From the IMG/VR virus record IMGVR_UViG_3300045972_000219: DNA of 64,000 bases. One strand, given 5' to 3'. Position numbers and translations under genes: made by a program. Below, piece by piece: positions 55,336 to 64,000 of this stretch. Position 1 is the stretch's first letter. Each line of letters begins with the position of its first letter. Below the pieces are notes generated by a model. The model did no database searches. It saw only the letters and a list, made by a program, of their open reading frames with translations, and was not told the origin of the DNA. Origin of the DNA: a virus (taxonomy: Duplodnaviria > Heunggongvirae > Uroviricota > Caudoviricetes).

Positions 55336-57441
55336 GGTTGATACTGTACCTTCAACTTCTACTATCTCTTTCTTCTCAGTATTCACCCTAGTTTTTAGTG
55401 GACTGTTAGGTCCATTTAGATATGTATTGAAGTTAGCTCTAAGAGTATTATGCACACTTCTGAGAGTCTTATACTTATCACACATATCTAAATAACAACG
55501 AGACAAATTACTTTCTTCCTGTTTTACTAAAGCTAGTTGGTAAGCTTCTTCATGGTTGATTACTACGCCTTTAACTTTTACTATCTCATCTTCCTGTTTA
55601 GGTATGTATGGAAATAATGCATTTCCATCGATGTCCAATCTAACATCAATGTTGTGAGGCTCTTTTAATTCTATCTTATCTTTTTTAACTATACCACGTT
55701 TTAAAGACCATCCCTGCTGTTTACAATATCTTTCTACATCTATTTCTGAATATGCAGCTATCCATTTAACACCACGAGTTAATACTTCATAAACATTAAG
55801 TTCTGGAAGTTCCTCTTTTCTTCTTAATGATACTAACTCTAATTGGTAAGCTCTAACCTCATCAGTACAGTTAATAATATATCCTGATTCAGCTACAACA
55901 ACATCTACGCCCATATTTAATAAATCAGATGTACAAAATTTGAGATTTAAGTTAGTACTGTTTATTAAATCTGGACATTTAGTAATATCTCCTTGATAAT
56001 TCCATCTAAGCGCCTCACAGATTCTTTGCACTGCTGATTCTGAAGGTGCTGCTATCCAACGTGTCCCTTCATCAGAGTCTGAGTCATACCCAATTAATAC
56101 TATTTGATATATTTCATGATTAGATATATCATTATTTTCCTCTGATTCTCCGAATATCCTCTCTTGATGCTTCTTAACTGCATCATCATACCATGACTTA
56201 TAAAATTCTAGACTCTTTTTTAATTCAGATAATTCTTCAGTGTCCATAATGGATTGCAATTCACTTACGGCTTTTATACTTGTCAACTTCTGTTCTTCTT
56301 TAAAGAATGGTGCATTCTCAGCTAACTTAACTGCATTCTCATAACGTTCTTTAAGACCTGTATTCTCTTCATTCAACTTATCATTAGATTCCATAAGTCC
56401 ATTAATTTCTTGAGTCATTCTATTAATTCTAGCTGCGAGTATTACTAATTCATTATTAGCTTGCTCAAACTGGTCACATTTAGTCTGATGAGCTTTACTT
56501 AGGATAGTTCTTTCTTCAGTGACAGACTTAATAGACTTTGTTAAATGAATGTATTTTTCGCTCTGCTCTTTGTACACCTGACCAAGCATAGCAGATTCTC
56601 TCTTTTCCTGTTCTAACTCACCCTTGAGAGTTCTTCTCTCTTTATCAAAATTACCAGTTAATTCAAGAACGAATTTACTATTTCTATCAACTTCTTCCCT
56701 TAAGGCAATTTTAAGATTATTATTTTCACTAATAAGTTCTCCAGCAGAATTACTGTAATCATTTTGAAGACCTCTAATCTGCTGATTAGCTTGAAATAAT
56801 TCTTCATTCATAGCGGCATACTGCTCCATATCTGTTTTATGCTGCTCTTCTAATGCTAAATTACGCATAGATAAGTTATGAACAAGGTCTTGTTCAGACT
56901 TTAACTGTTCTGATAGTTCTTGCATAACTGATTTACCCGCTTGTACAGGACTAGAAAATACTACTTTATCCTTTGATACTTGAGTCTTTAATAATTCACT
57001 AAAAAGATTACTATCAGATTGCTTAACAGCGTTCCAACCTTCACCATATGAATATGATACATATAAATTATCTTTATCAACACCTTCTACACTAATAACA
57101 GCAGGCCCAAGTCCAATGTATATTGCATCCTCGTCACTGTCGCCTAACTGATAAACAGGAGCACACATAAATTCTGTAATTATAGTTTGATCAGATCCTT
57201 CTTTTGCCAAGTCATAATTTGTCTTTTTAATAGAAGCACAACTATCTAGACCATGTGGAAGAAAATTCTCTCCAATTGTATTATCATCAAACTTTACATC
57301 ATATAATTCAGGGTAAGGTCCAAGATGTAAATCGCCAATCATATATGCATCCCTACTACGAATGGCAATTATAGTTCCGTAACGTATACCCTTACCTGTA
57401 TCATTACGTCTTACTCTTTCATTTAGTTGAAATGTACTCAT
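55315..57441 (-). CDS. coiled-coil protein with tandem C-terminal domain repeats (708 aa)
   Basis: RBS AAGGAGAATGTATG on the minus strand. About 250 aa of heptad-like coiled coil (residues about 160-410). Internal repeats (WIAAPSESAVQRICEALRW / WIAAYSEIDVERYCKQQGW; INCTDEVRAYQLELVSL / INHEEAYQLALVKQ). Confidence 0.65.
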   Translation of the reverse strand: MSTFQLNERVRRNDTGKGIRYGTIIAIRSRDAYMIGDLHLGPYPELYDVKFDDNTIGENFLPHGLDSCASIKKTNYDLAKEGSDQTIITEFMCAPVYQLGDSDEDAIYIGLGPAVISVEGVDKDNLYVSYSYGEGWNAVKQSDSNLFSELLKTQVSKDKVVFSSPVQAGKSVMQELSEQLKSEQDLVHNLSMRNLALEEQHKTDMEQYAAMNEELFQANQQIRGLQNDYSNSAGELISENNNLKIALREEVDRNSKFVLELTGNFDKERRTLKGELEQEKRESAMLGQVYKEQSEKYIHLTKSIKSVTEERTILSKAHQTKCDQFEQANNELVILAARINRMTQEINGLMESNDKLNEENTGLKERYENAVKLAENAPFFKEEQKLTSIKAVSELQSIMDTEELSELKKSLEFYKSWYDDAVKKHQERIFGESEENNDISNHEIYQIVLIGYDSDSDEGTRWIAAPSESAVQRICEALRWNYQGDITKCPDLINSTNLNLKFCTSDLLNMGVDVVVAESGYIINCTDEVRAYQLELVSLRRKEELPELNVYEVLTRGVKWIAAYSEIDVERYCKQQGWSLKRGIVKKDKIELKEPHNIDVRLDIDGNALFPYIPKQEDEIVKVKGVVINHEEAYQLALVKQEESNLSRCYLDMCDKYKTLRSVHNTLRANFNTYLNGPNSPLKTRVNTEKKEIVEVEGTVSTMKKLMS

Positions 57442-57450
57442 ACATTCTCC

Positions 57451-57813
57451 TTAATTTTTATTTAGCCCTTCATTATTGAAGCATTCAATTGTAATTATTC
57501 TACTGACAAGCCTTATACCAGTATGTTCAGGTAAAATATCATATTTAAGTCTACTCCACATTAAGAAGCTCCAGAACCCTATTCTGAATGAGTGATAGTA
57601 TGTATCATCTCTATATGCATCTACTGATATTCCAGCATCACTTATCTTAGAAACAAAATTCTTTTTGAATTTATTTCTTTGATAATCATTTTTAAATGGA
57701 CCGACATAAATGTATCTATTCGTTGGATCAGCCTTCATGATGTCATATTCGCCAACAATTGGTGAAAGCATCTTTAATGCTTTATTAGGATTATCATGTG
57801 AGTAAACACTCAT
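57451..57813 (-). CDS. hypothetical protein (120 aa)
   Basis: ORF track. Confidence 0.5.
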   Translation of the reverse strand: MSVYSHDNPNKALKMLSPIVGEYDIMKADPTNRYIYVGPFKNDYQRNKFKKNFVSKISDAGISVDAYRDDTYYHSFRIGFWSFLMWSRLKYDILPEHTGIRLVSRIITIECFNNEGLNKN

Positions 57814-58004
57814 ATATCAATCCCTTTAATATCAGTTCTTCCAATATTATTGGAAAACAATATTAACATAATTGCAAGACTTACTTTCCAACTAGTTAAA
57901 TATCCCAACCATACTGTTGCACCAATACCTATACTTATGGCAATTATAGCACGAATTACTATATATTTAATTTTATATACGTGATCAGATCTAACTCCCA
58001 TCAT
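57810..58004 (-). CDS. small membrane protein (64 aa)
   Basis: 2 TM helices. Confidence 0.4.
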   Translation of the reverse strand: MMGVRSDHVYKIKYIVIRAIIAISIGIGATVWLGYLTSWKVSLAIMLILFSNNIGRTDIKGIDI

Positions 58005-58155
58005 ATTCCCCTTTAACTATTTTTTAGTCGTTTAGCAACTGTTTTCCAATAATTTAATTTTTTACGAAGTATGGGAGCACATCTAGTTACTTCTCCATTT
58101 TCAACTATAAATGCAGCACATAAATATGAAGTATATACTACCCATATTCCATCTT

Positions 58156-58635
58156 TCATGATATAAATGGTGTTGCTGGATGTTTACTGCAATGAATAGT
58201 ATGCTTCTCACCTAATTGAAGACATTCATCACACATATCAGTCTCATCTAGTACTTGATTAAATACTAATTTAAGTTTAACTTCTAATTCTTTAATAGTT
58301 CCTGATATTGCAATAAATGGACCATCCATATTAGCGGGGGCAAACCTTTTTCTTTCCATATCACAAATTTGCTTGATGTAGTCGATTGAGCTTTGAATTC
58401 CTTGAGGAATTTTATCCGACTGTTTAAAAGGTGGAATAATATCTAAAGTCATAGGTGGCTCTCCTTCTTTACATTGAAAAGTAATTTTATCTTCAGTAAG
58501 ATTACGAGTGTGAAACCACTTATCTTTTATAATTTCATTAGTAGTCATCTTTCCTCCACGTATGCTAATTCCCATAATTAATTCACATTTTAATTTCATT
58601 CCTGCAATAAGGGCAGTAAATATAATCCTCTTCAA
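58156..58635 (-). CDS. hypothetical protein with C-terminal Cys/His cluster (159 aa)
   Basis: CDECLQLGEKHTIHCSKH. Confidence 0.5.
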   Translation of the reverse strand: MKRIIFTALIAGMKLKCELIMGISIRGGKMTTNEIIKDKWFHTRNLTEDKITFQCKEGEPPMTLDIIPPFKQSDKIPQGIQSSIDYIKQICDMERKRFAPANMDGPFIAISGTIKELEVKLKLVFNQVLDETDMCDECLQLGEKHTIHCSKHPATPFIS

Positions 58636-59674
58636 TTATTAGCGGACTATTACCACAATCAGTTACTATTTTTCTATTTACAACTTTCCATTCACATTTG
58701 GTTTGAGTTTCTTCCAAATTATCTGATGAAAGGACTTCCGAATGCAGATTCTTACTTGTTACTTGATCCAAAAGCATTTGAAGCGAAAAGACCGGCTTAG
58801 TGGCTGGTTCTGTCTTAATGGCTATATCGATATTTAGATTATGACCATCACATAATATACCAGTAGCCCATCGTTTCTTTTGTTCTTGTTCTACTAAACC
58901 ACGATATAGCTTATCATCAGATTTTGCTATATCTCCAATAGTATCTATTTCATCTATGATATTCCATAGTTGTTCAATAATCTTTTTATACTGTTTTTCA
59001 TAATTTTCACTCATTTTTGTTTCTCCTTGTAGTTTGATAAAATCATCTGCTAGGCGTTTGAAGTTTGTTGCTAGTTGTTCGTACTCACCTCTTATTTCTT
59101 CACATTCTCGTTCCGCATATATTGCTCTTTGGAGTGCATCACCAAGTTTATGATCTATTGCATGCATATCTTTGATAATAGCTACTAATCTATCTGTAAG
59201 ATAAACATTATGCTCTGCTACCTCGTCTCGTCCAGTAGTTGTGGCTGTAAGTTTATCTCGGATACCTGTATACATATTATCAATTTGAGTAATTATACCT
59301 GCCACGGAATCGCACAACGAAAAGCAAGGTGATTCCTCTTTGTAGTGATGTTTCCACATGTACAAGGCTAATGAGGATGCCTCTATGTGCGCCTTTTCCA
59401 GTTCACATTTTTTGGCTTCAGCTCTATTGTGATTATATTTTGCATTCTCTTTCCACTCTTCCAGCTCCGCTTGAGTGGTGGATAACTGTTGTTCAAGAGA
59501 TGATATCCTAGAAACAGGATGAATGTTGTTACAGCCATCCCAATACCAAAGTCCTGGCTTTTCAAAAGTATTGTCAGCAACATACACATTAAGTCCATTT
59601 ATGTTTGTTAAGTAAAACATTTCTGAGCTATTCATTATTTTTCTCCTTTTATAAGATCTCATCAACAAATCCAT
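58583..59674 (-). CDS. coiled-coil protein (363 aa), C-terminal CxxC pair
   Basis: Long heptad regions; ends ...CPYCRNEIKM. Confidence 0.55.
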   Translation of the reverse strand: MDLLMRSYKRRKIMNSSEMFYLTNINGLNVYVADNTFEKPGLWYWDGCNNIHPVSRISSLEQQLSTTQAELEEWKENAKYNHNRAEAKKCELEKAHIEASSLALYMWKHHYKEESPCFSLCDSVAGIITQIDNMYTGIRDKLTATTTGRDEVAEHNVYLTDRLVAIIKDMHAIDHKLGDALQRAIYAERECEEIRGEYEQLATNFKRLADDFIKLQGETKMSENYEKQYKKIIEQLWNIIDEIDTIGDIAKSDDKLYRGLVEQEQKKRWATGILCDGHNLNIDIAIKTEPATKPVFSLQMLLDQVTSKNLHSEVLSSDNLEETQTKCEWKVVNRKIVTDCGNSPLIIEEDYIYCPYCRNEIKM

Positions 59675-60254
59675 ATTTAAGACATTCTTTAGCAGTTAAG
59701 TCAATATCTCTAACTAATAACTTATCTAGTGTTTTCTTATCTATTTTTGTATAAGTAAGATAGATATCTTTGATAGTTTTCATCATAGTTTCAAGATTAA
59801 TGGATTTATCAACAAACTCACTATGTTTACCATTGAACCATGTAGATAACTGGTGGATCATCATGGTTGAATGTTTACCTATAGTTCGTTTACTACCTAC
59901 AACACTAATGAATGTAGCTGCACTTGCTGCTTCTCCTGTTACATGTGTATGAATAGGGGTACCTTGTGCAATACACTTACGAATATTCTCAAGTATAGAT
60001 ACTCCAACACATACATATCCACCTACACTATTAATATATACATTAATTGGAATATTACTGATTCCTAAGTCTGCCTGAATTTTAAGATTATAACATCTAC
60101 ATTCATCTAATGCTTTTGCAAATGCAATACCGCACTTCCAATCAATCATATCGTAAATGTAGATGTTATTATTTCTCCATGATATTTCAGCATCACTTCC
60201 ATGACCATTCTTTTCTTTAGCATCAAATAGTGAAGGATCTTTACCCCAATACAT
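59649..60254 (-). CDS. ClpP-family (S14) serine protease
   Basis: INSVGGYVCVGVSILENI ... GEAASAATFI (Ser) ... STMMIHQL (His) ... AKECLKYGFVDEIL parallels ClpP INSPGG ... GQAASMG ... MIHQP ... AVEYGLVDSIL, with the catalytic triad conserved. RBS AAGGAGAATATATG on the minus strand. Confidence 0.75.
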   Translation of the reverse strand: MYWGKDPSLFDAKEKNGHGSDAEISWRNNNIYIYDMIDWKCGIAFAKALDECRCYNLKIQADLGISNIPINVYINSVGGYVCVGVSILENIRKCIAQGTPIHTHVTGEAASAATFISVVGSKRTIGKHSTMMIHQLSTWFNGKHSEFVDKSINLETMMKTIKDIYLTYTKIDKKTLDKLLVRDIDLTAKECLKYGFVDEIL

Positions 60255-60382
60255 ATATTCTCCTTAGTCTTCGTTAGTAACTTCTTTTATAATCCATTTA
60301 CGTTTACACTGAGAACATTTATATATTGTACCACTACCCGATATACCTGTAGTATGTAAACTACTTGTACATTTAGGACAAT

Positions 60383-60610
60383 TCATATTTTTCTCCCTTC
60401 ATTATTTATTTTGTCGATTGGAATTCTTTGAGATGCTGAATATACCACAAAATAATTATCAGTTGTTATATAGCGATGTTTTTCTATTCTTTTAATAACA
60501 TCAGCTTGACCTGCTTTGAATCCATCTTTATAGAAATATTCTATACCTGCAACTGAAAATAGAGCTACAAAAATTATACCATACGTTACTAATATTGTAC
60601 TATTATTCAT
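60383..60610 (-). CDS. membrane protein (75 aa)
   Basis: 1 TM helix. A 41-aa zinc-ribbon mini-ORF lies just downstream (about 60263-60385). Confidence 0.45.
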   Translation of the reverse strand: MNNSTILVTYGIIFVALFSVAGIEYFYKDGFKAGQADVIKRIEKHRYITTDNYFVVYSASQRIPIDKINNEGRKI

Positions 60611-60891
60611 AGTCTATACCTCGTCTCATATCTTCTATCAAGATATTTAGGTCTGTATTTAGGACGTTTATTTTTAGTTATTCTTTTTCTTATAGTAGTT
60701 AAAGTAGTTGTTTCATAAACTGGAGGTGGCCATTCACGAGGTGCCTCTCTAAAAGTGTTAGGACTAGGTTTAAATATACATTGAATTAATTCTCCAGCTA
60801 ATCCAATTAGACCAATAAGTATTAAAAATGTGAAGAACATAACTAGCGCATCTTGAGCTTCCATTATTTTATTTCCTTTCCATAGTGACAT
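60607..60891 (-). CDS. membrane protein (94 aa)
   Basis: 1-2 TM helices; basic C-terminus. Confidence 0.45.
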   Translation of the reverse strand: MSLWKGNKIMEAQDALVMFFTFLILIGLIGLAGELIQCIFKPSPNTFREAPREWPPPVYETTTLTTIRKRITKNKRPKYRPKYLDRRYETRYRL

Positions 60892-61301
60892 TCATTACAA
60901 GATGTATCCCATCCAATTATTTGACCATCAAAGTACTCATTATATAGAATACCATTTTGATCAACTCCTACCTTTGTTAGATGAAAATTAATACTTCTAC
61001 CATCATAATATTTATCATTTATTACTAATAGCTTATTCTTGTATACAACCATGCTACCACGTCTAGAACTTTTAAGAATATCCTTAACGTTATTAAACTC
61101 GTTAATATCAATTGCACGCTGAATTATAGGGTCTATTTTATTATAATTTCCTTTTGTAATAAACCATGTAGATATAGTAATTGTAGATATCAATATTATT
61201 ATAAACATAATTAATTTGAATACCATACTATCCATTAAGTAACTAACTATGGAAAATCTTCCTCCACTCCACATACCTTTACCATAATATGAATCATTCA
61301 T
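60864..61301 (-). CDS. membrane-anchored protein (145 aa)
   Basis: N-terminal TM helices. Confidence 0.5.
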   Translation of the reverse strand: MNDSYYGKGMWSGGRFSIVSYLMDSMVFKLIMFIIILISTITISTWFITKGNYNKIDPIIQRAIDINEFNNVKDILKSSRRGSMVVYKNKLLVINDKYYDGRSINFHLTKVGVDQNGILYNEYFDGQIIGWDTSCNECHYGKEIK

Positions 61302-61313
61302 ATTTTTCCCCTT

Positions 61314-61520
61314 TCATATAAGTTCTCCGTTTTCGTTAACTTGTACAATTTCGTATTTACCTTCACCATAAGCTTCAATAAAATCAAGTAAAGTATTTTT
61401 TGTATAGTCTTCTGATTGAGCCGGAGTTTCAACATTGCCAGTAGAAATATTAACTAAAGAAAACCATTTTACCTGAACACTATGTTCTTTCATATCACTC
61501 TCCAGTTTTAGGTTCTTCAC
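61314..61520 (-). CDS. hypothetical protein (68 aa)
   Basis: ORF track. Confidence 0.45.
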   Translation of the reverse strand: MKNLKLESDMKEHSVQVKWFSLVNISTGNVETPAQSEDYTKNTLLDFIEAYGEGKYEIVQVNENGELI

Positions 61521-61893
61521 CCAGTATAGACCAAAAGTCTTTAGCTAGTATTACTGCACGATCAACAGGTATTGGATTGGCTGATGTAAAGTACTTCCTC
61601 AATTCACTTAATTTTCTTTCTTGTTCAACTACAACTAGTTTAAGTTCATGAGTAAGACGCTCAAGATCATTTACTTGTCTGTCCATACGTGTGACTAACA
61701 CACCAATTCCATTAAAAACACTTCTAGCTCTTTCTTTAGGAACTCCACACATACTAAGATAATTGAATGCTGCATCTTGTTCTTTTTGGTAATCTGAATA
61801 TTTAATCCAATCACCTTCATCTACTGGTGCTTCATCTATCTGCCCATCAATCCAATATCGTTTCATACATTCTCCTGATGTATCGACCTTCAT
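61495..61893 (-). CDS. hypothetical protein (132 aa)
   Basis: ORF track. Confidence 0.5.
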   Translation of the reverse strand: MKVDTSGECMKRYWIDGQIDEAPVDEGDWIKYSDYQKEQDAAFNYLSMCGVPKERARSVFNGIGVLVTRMDRQVNDLERLTHELKLVVVEQERKLSELRKYFTSANPIPVDRAVILAKDFWSILGEEPKTGE

Positions 61894-61918
61894 CCAATTA
61901 AGGATAAAGGTCGATACA

Positions 61919-62314
61919 TTATTTTTTAGCTGCAGTCATTGATGATTTATATAGAGTATAAGTTTCATCACCTGAGACAGATCCTTCAGGTATATGAATT
62001 ATATCTACAGAGCTAACACTCCATCTAGATGTCTTATATTTCCTACAGTTTTCACCAGGTCTGGATGAAATCTCTTTACTATTAGGCTCAGTTACGAAGA
62101 AATCGCCTTTATCTTTAAGAATAATTACATTTAGTGCATCTTTATCATTCTGTTCATTATAGTGATGAACAAGTCCATACTCACCAATATTAGAATTAAA
62201 TACAACAAAACCACGCATAAAGTTAGTGGTTCTAATTTCTACTAATTGTTTAGCTGTAAGCATCACATCTGTCTTAATACTAGTTTCAATTTCAATAGTT
62301 CTAGGTAGGTGCAT
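61919..62314 (-). CDS. hypothetical protein (131 aa)
   Basis: ORF track. Confidence 0.5.
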   Translation of the reverse strand: MHLPRTIEIETSIKTDVMLTAKQLVEIRTTNFMRGFVVFNSNIGEYGLVHHYNEQNDKDALNVIILKDKGDFFVTEPNSKEISSRPGENCRKYKTSRWSVSSVDIIHIPEGSVSGDETYTLYKSSMTAAKK

Positions 62315-62316
62315 TT

Positions 62317-63648
62317 TTATTTCCTCTCTTTTAATATAATTAATTGCTGTTTAGCTCTAGTTATCCCAGTATACATGAGTCTTAAATGTTTTTCACGAGC
62401 CATGAACTGTTCCTCAAATAGAACAACCTTATCGAATTCACTCCCTTGTGATTTATGCGTTGTGATACAATCTGCAAACTGGAAGAATTCTAGTCTACCC
62501 TTCATCTCAGGTTCTTTTGTTTCATACAGTACTGCTTCATCAATCTCTAGATAAGGATAGCTGCTTCCATCCTCATCAGTAAATCCAATAGTCAGTGAAC
62601 CAGTTTTATTATTTTGAGTGGAATTTACTAATGCTTTTAATAGGTCATTATCCTTTTTATTGAAAGACATTCCAAAGCAATCAAATATATCTTCACTACC
62701 GAAATTACCACCTACAGTAGCTATACCCATCTGACCGTTTACAATACCTTTCTTCCAGTTATTGCGGATACACATTACTTTATCACCAGTAGTGAGAAGC
62801 GGTCCAAATCCTTTAGCTTCTCTAATTTCCTGAGTGATATCTCTGCGAGTATCATTCTTACCACAGAGAACCTGATTAGCTTTAAGAATTAGATTAATAC
62901 TTACTTCATCTGGATCGAGCACCCATACATTTTTACCGTATTGACCGTAATTGAGCTTCTGACCCTTAATCATCATATGTGCTACTTGAACTATACCACC
63001 TGCATTACGATGAATTGTCTCAAGAGTAAAATCTCCTTGATCATTAATAACTGATTCTCCATGAATTGGTGGGAGCTGTTTATGATCACCAGATAAGAGA
63101 ATTGAAATATTATAACTGAGAAGATCATCTAGATACTTTTGATTAATCATTGAAGCTTCGTCAACAATAATCAATTTAATAGTATTAGGTATCTCATCTT
63201 TTGTTCTCTTACGGAATATAAGAGTCTTTTTCTTCTTTACTTTATCTAATTGATCTGCAGCTAAAATATAATCCATTTCGTAACCACATGCTTCACATAT
63301 AGCTATATCACCTAATACTATCATATGCTGCTGTTTACACTCAGGACACATCTGTACAATTGATGCCATTCCATCATATTCAGGAACATACATAAATTTA
63401 TGCATAGAAGTAGCTGGCATTCCTTTACGTTTCATAACCATAGCTGCTTTACCAGTATATGTTATATATACTACTTCAGAAGGATTTAGACCTAATTCTG
63501 AGCGTATATATCTTAAAAGGGAAGACTTCCCAGTCCCTGCGGATCCCCTTAGAATAAAATATTGTTTTGTTCCTCTATAAAACCACTCTAAAATCTTCTT
63601 AGCTGCATCCTTCTGTTCACCTTCCAATATTATATGATCTTCAGCCAT
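62317..63648 (-). CDS. SF1 DNA helicase, Dda/RecD-like, with zinc-ribbon insertion
   Basis: Walker A GSAGTGKSS; Walker B IIVDEASM; motif VI-like TTHKSQGSEFD. Inserted CPECKQQH...CEACGYE between motifs. Likely start at internal ATG (MAEDHIILEG) with RBS AGGAGACTATATG. The track ORF extends to 63708. Confidence 0.75.
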   Translation of the reverse strand: MAEDHIILEGEQKDAAKKILEWFYRGTKQYFILRGSAGTGKSSLLRYIRSELGLNPSEVVYITYTGKAAMVMKRKGMPATSMHKFMYVPEYDGMASIVQMCPECKQQHMIVLGDIAICEACGYEMDYILAADQLDKVKKKKTLIFRKRTKDEIPNTIKLIIVDEASMINQKYLDDLLSYNISILLSGDHKQLPPIHGESVINDQGDFTLETIHRNAGGIVQVAHMMIKGQKLNYGQYGKNVWVLDPDEVSINLILKANQVLCGKNDTRRDITQEIREAKGFGPLLTTGDKVMCIRNNWKKGIVNGQMGIATVGGNFGSEDIFDCFGMSFNKKDNDLLKALVNSTQNNKTGSLTIGFTDEDGSSYPYLEIDEAVLYETKEPEMKGRLEFFQFADCITTHKSQGSEFDKVVLFEEQFMAREKHLRLMYTGITRAKQQLIILKERK

Positions 63649-63656
63649 ATAGTCTC

Positions 63657-63956
63657 CTATGAGTCTTCGAGTTCGTCCTTCTCTGGTTGCATCGTAGATA
63701 CAATCCATGCAGTCAGTATTTTATACTGGTTGTATCTACACTCTTCCTTCAGGTCATTGAAATAATAATTGATTACTACAAAGAATGAATGGCTTATCAA
63801 AGCTTTTGTATTTACTGACTCTATATCAAATGTTACAATTGATTTATCTTTCAAAGTAATTTCTATTGTCTGGACGATAAAGTTCTCGCTACCAGTACCG
63901 TCTTCATCTATGAATATAGACTCAACATCCTCATAATCAGGTATTGTGATATCCAT
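63657..63956 (-). CDS. hypothetical protein (99 aa)
   Basis: RBS AAAAGGAGAGTAAAGATG on the minus strand. Confidence 0.5.
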   Translation of the reverse strand: MDITIPDYEDVESIFIDEDGTGSENFIVQTIEITLKDKSIVTFDIESVNTKALISHSFFVVINYYFNDLKEECRYNQYKILTAWIVSTMQPEKDELEDS

Positions 63957-64000
63957 CTTTACTCTCCTTTTTGTAAGTTACCCACTGATCACAATGACTA

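Noticed and set aside
55315-55345. Programmed -1 ribosomal frameshift joining the 708-aa ORF to the downstream repeat copy
   Set aside because: No X XXY YYZ slippery heptamer is present upstream of the stop. A 1-nt deletion relative to the upstream repeat explains the frame change. It is kept as a possibility only.
1-64000. CRISPR arrays, integrase or attachment sites, transposases
   Set aside because: I found no short direct repeats with spacers, no tyrosine or serine recombinase motifs, and no IS-like inverted repeats.

Overview
This window is AT-rich (about 32% GC), gene-dense and uses strong AGGAG-type Shine-Dalgarno sites, so it reads as part of a large, probably lytic phage genome. It has two convergent transcription arms: a plus-strand arm (about 580-27000) and a minus-strand arm (about 27000-64000). 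They meet at a bidirectional terminator near 27000. No capsid, portal or terminase gene is recognisable, so this is the early/auxiliary part of the genome.

Recognisable proteins:
- A full-length gyrase A subunit with a GyrA-box.
- An SPFH/band-7 lipoprotein.
- A DHH/DHHA1 phosphoesterase next to a radical-SAM/SPASM enzyme.
- A free-standing HNH endonuclease.
- A triheme cytochrome c7 homolog (PpcA-like), next to a CHAP-like peptidase that carries a CxxCH motif.
- An ImmA/IrrE-like HExxH metallopeptidase.
- A ClpP-family serine protease.
- A Dda/RecD-like SF1 helicase.
- A 708-aa coiled-coil protein with tandem C-terminal domain repeats; the last copy is frameshifted.
- Dozens of tiny zinc-ribbon (Cys4) proteins.

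RNA genes I can support: tRNA-Asn(GTT), tRNA-Leu(TAG), tRNA-Leu(TAA), and a phage-encoded tmRNA (ssrA-like) whose tag ORF ends ...AGVAAA-stop.

The most unusual part is an RNA island between about 11.1 kb and 26.2 kb of this window. It holds the tmRNA, the tRNAs, the HNH gene, a duplicated 115-aa gene, and four ORF-free, GC-elevated stretches of 0.6 to 1.2 kb each. I interpret these stretches as candidate large structured ncRNAs (for example GOLLD/ROOL-like), but this is unverified.

Regulatory signals:
- Four plus-strand terminator-plus-promoter cassettes share the box AACACATATTATAT, and two further terminators share the loop (four cassettes, each a terminator followed by the box).
- The terminator hairpins share a conserved CC-TTAATT-GG loop.
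- Several terminators are bidirectional and insulate opposite-strand, moron-like islands.

Coordinates of the RNA and regulatory features were derived by hand and may be off by 1-2 nt.
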